Origin: Selaginella moellendorffii
Taxonomy: Eukaryota > Plantae > Lycopodiophyta
Length of the DNA stretch: 64,000 nt
NCBI RefSeq assembly: GCF_000143415.4
Contig: NW_003314291.1
Location: forward strand, 821,702 to 885,701
Reading direction: 5' to 3'
The notes under the pieces were generated by a model that saw nothing but the letters and a program-made list of their open reading frames with translations, was not told the origin of the DNA and searched no databases. Shown one piece after another: positions 63,906-64,000 of this stretch. The stretch's first letter is position 1; each line of letters starts with the position of its first letter. Position numbers and translations under genes: made by a program.

Positions 63906-63988
63906 GCTAGCTTGCCCGAGAGGTCCAAGGGGGGTGACTTAAGATCACCTGCACGTAGTGCGCGTGGGTTCGAACCCCACAGCTAGCA
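63906..63988 (+). tRNA. tRNA-Leu (anticodon UAA)
   Basis: Acceptor stem GCTAGCT/AGCTAGC plus discriminator A, anticodon stem GGTGA/TCACC with loop CT-TAA-GA, long variable arm, T-loop GGTTCGAACC. Confidence 0.93.
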
Positions 63989-64000
63989 AGATTTTGGAAA

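Overview
Eukaryotic land-plant genomic DNA. The very short introns (about 50-70 nt), tiny intergenic spacers and abundant PLS-class PPR genes suggest a compact lycophyte genome such as Selaginella; this is inference, not a database match. Bases 1-12.8 kb are a repeat-rich block. It holds a decayed Sola1/DUF7869-like DNA transposon with about 18 copies of a 22-bp palindrome (two inside the transposase ORF), a 5S-rRNA-carrying Cassandra-like TRIM abutting a Ty3/gypsy RT fragment, several tandem arrays and a 770-bp AT/AC microsatellite. Bases 13-64 kb are gene-dense: three PLS-PPR genes, TOM1-like, DENR/TMA22, cystatin, two DREB A-4 paralogues, NRPB9, enoyl-CoA hydratase, a CUC-like NAC, eIF3m, DCP1, a stand-alone PAN/apple protein, an ILR1-like hydrolase, a HUB1/BRE1 ligase, Tha4/TatA and tRNA-Leu(UAA). 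Eroded relics of TOP3alpha, RPL18, alpha-expansin, PPR genes and a probable LINE lie between them. The most unusual locus (20.9-22.8 kb) is a spliced gene model that fuses a Cys/Asp/Arg-rich tandem-repeat peptide in frame to a very divergent proteasome-beta/Ntn-hydrolase-like domain; this copy appears disabled.
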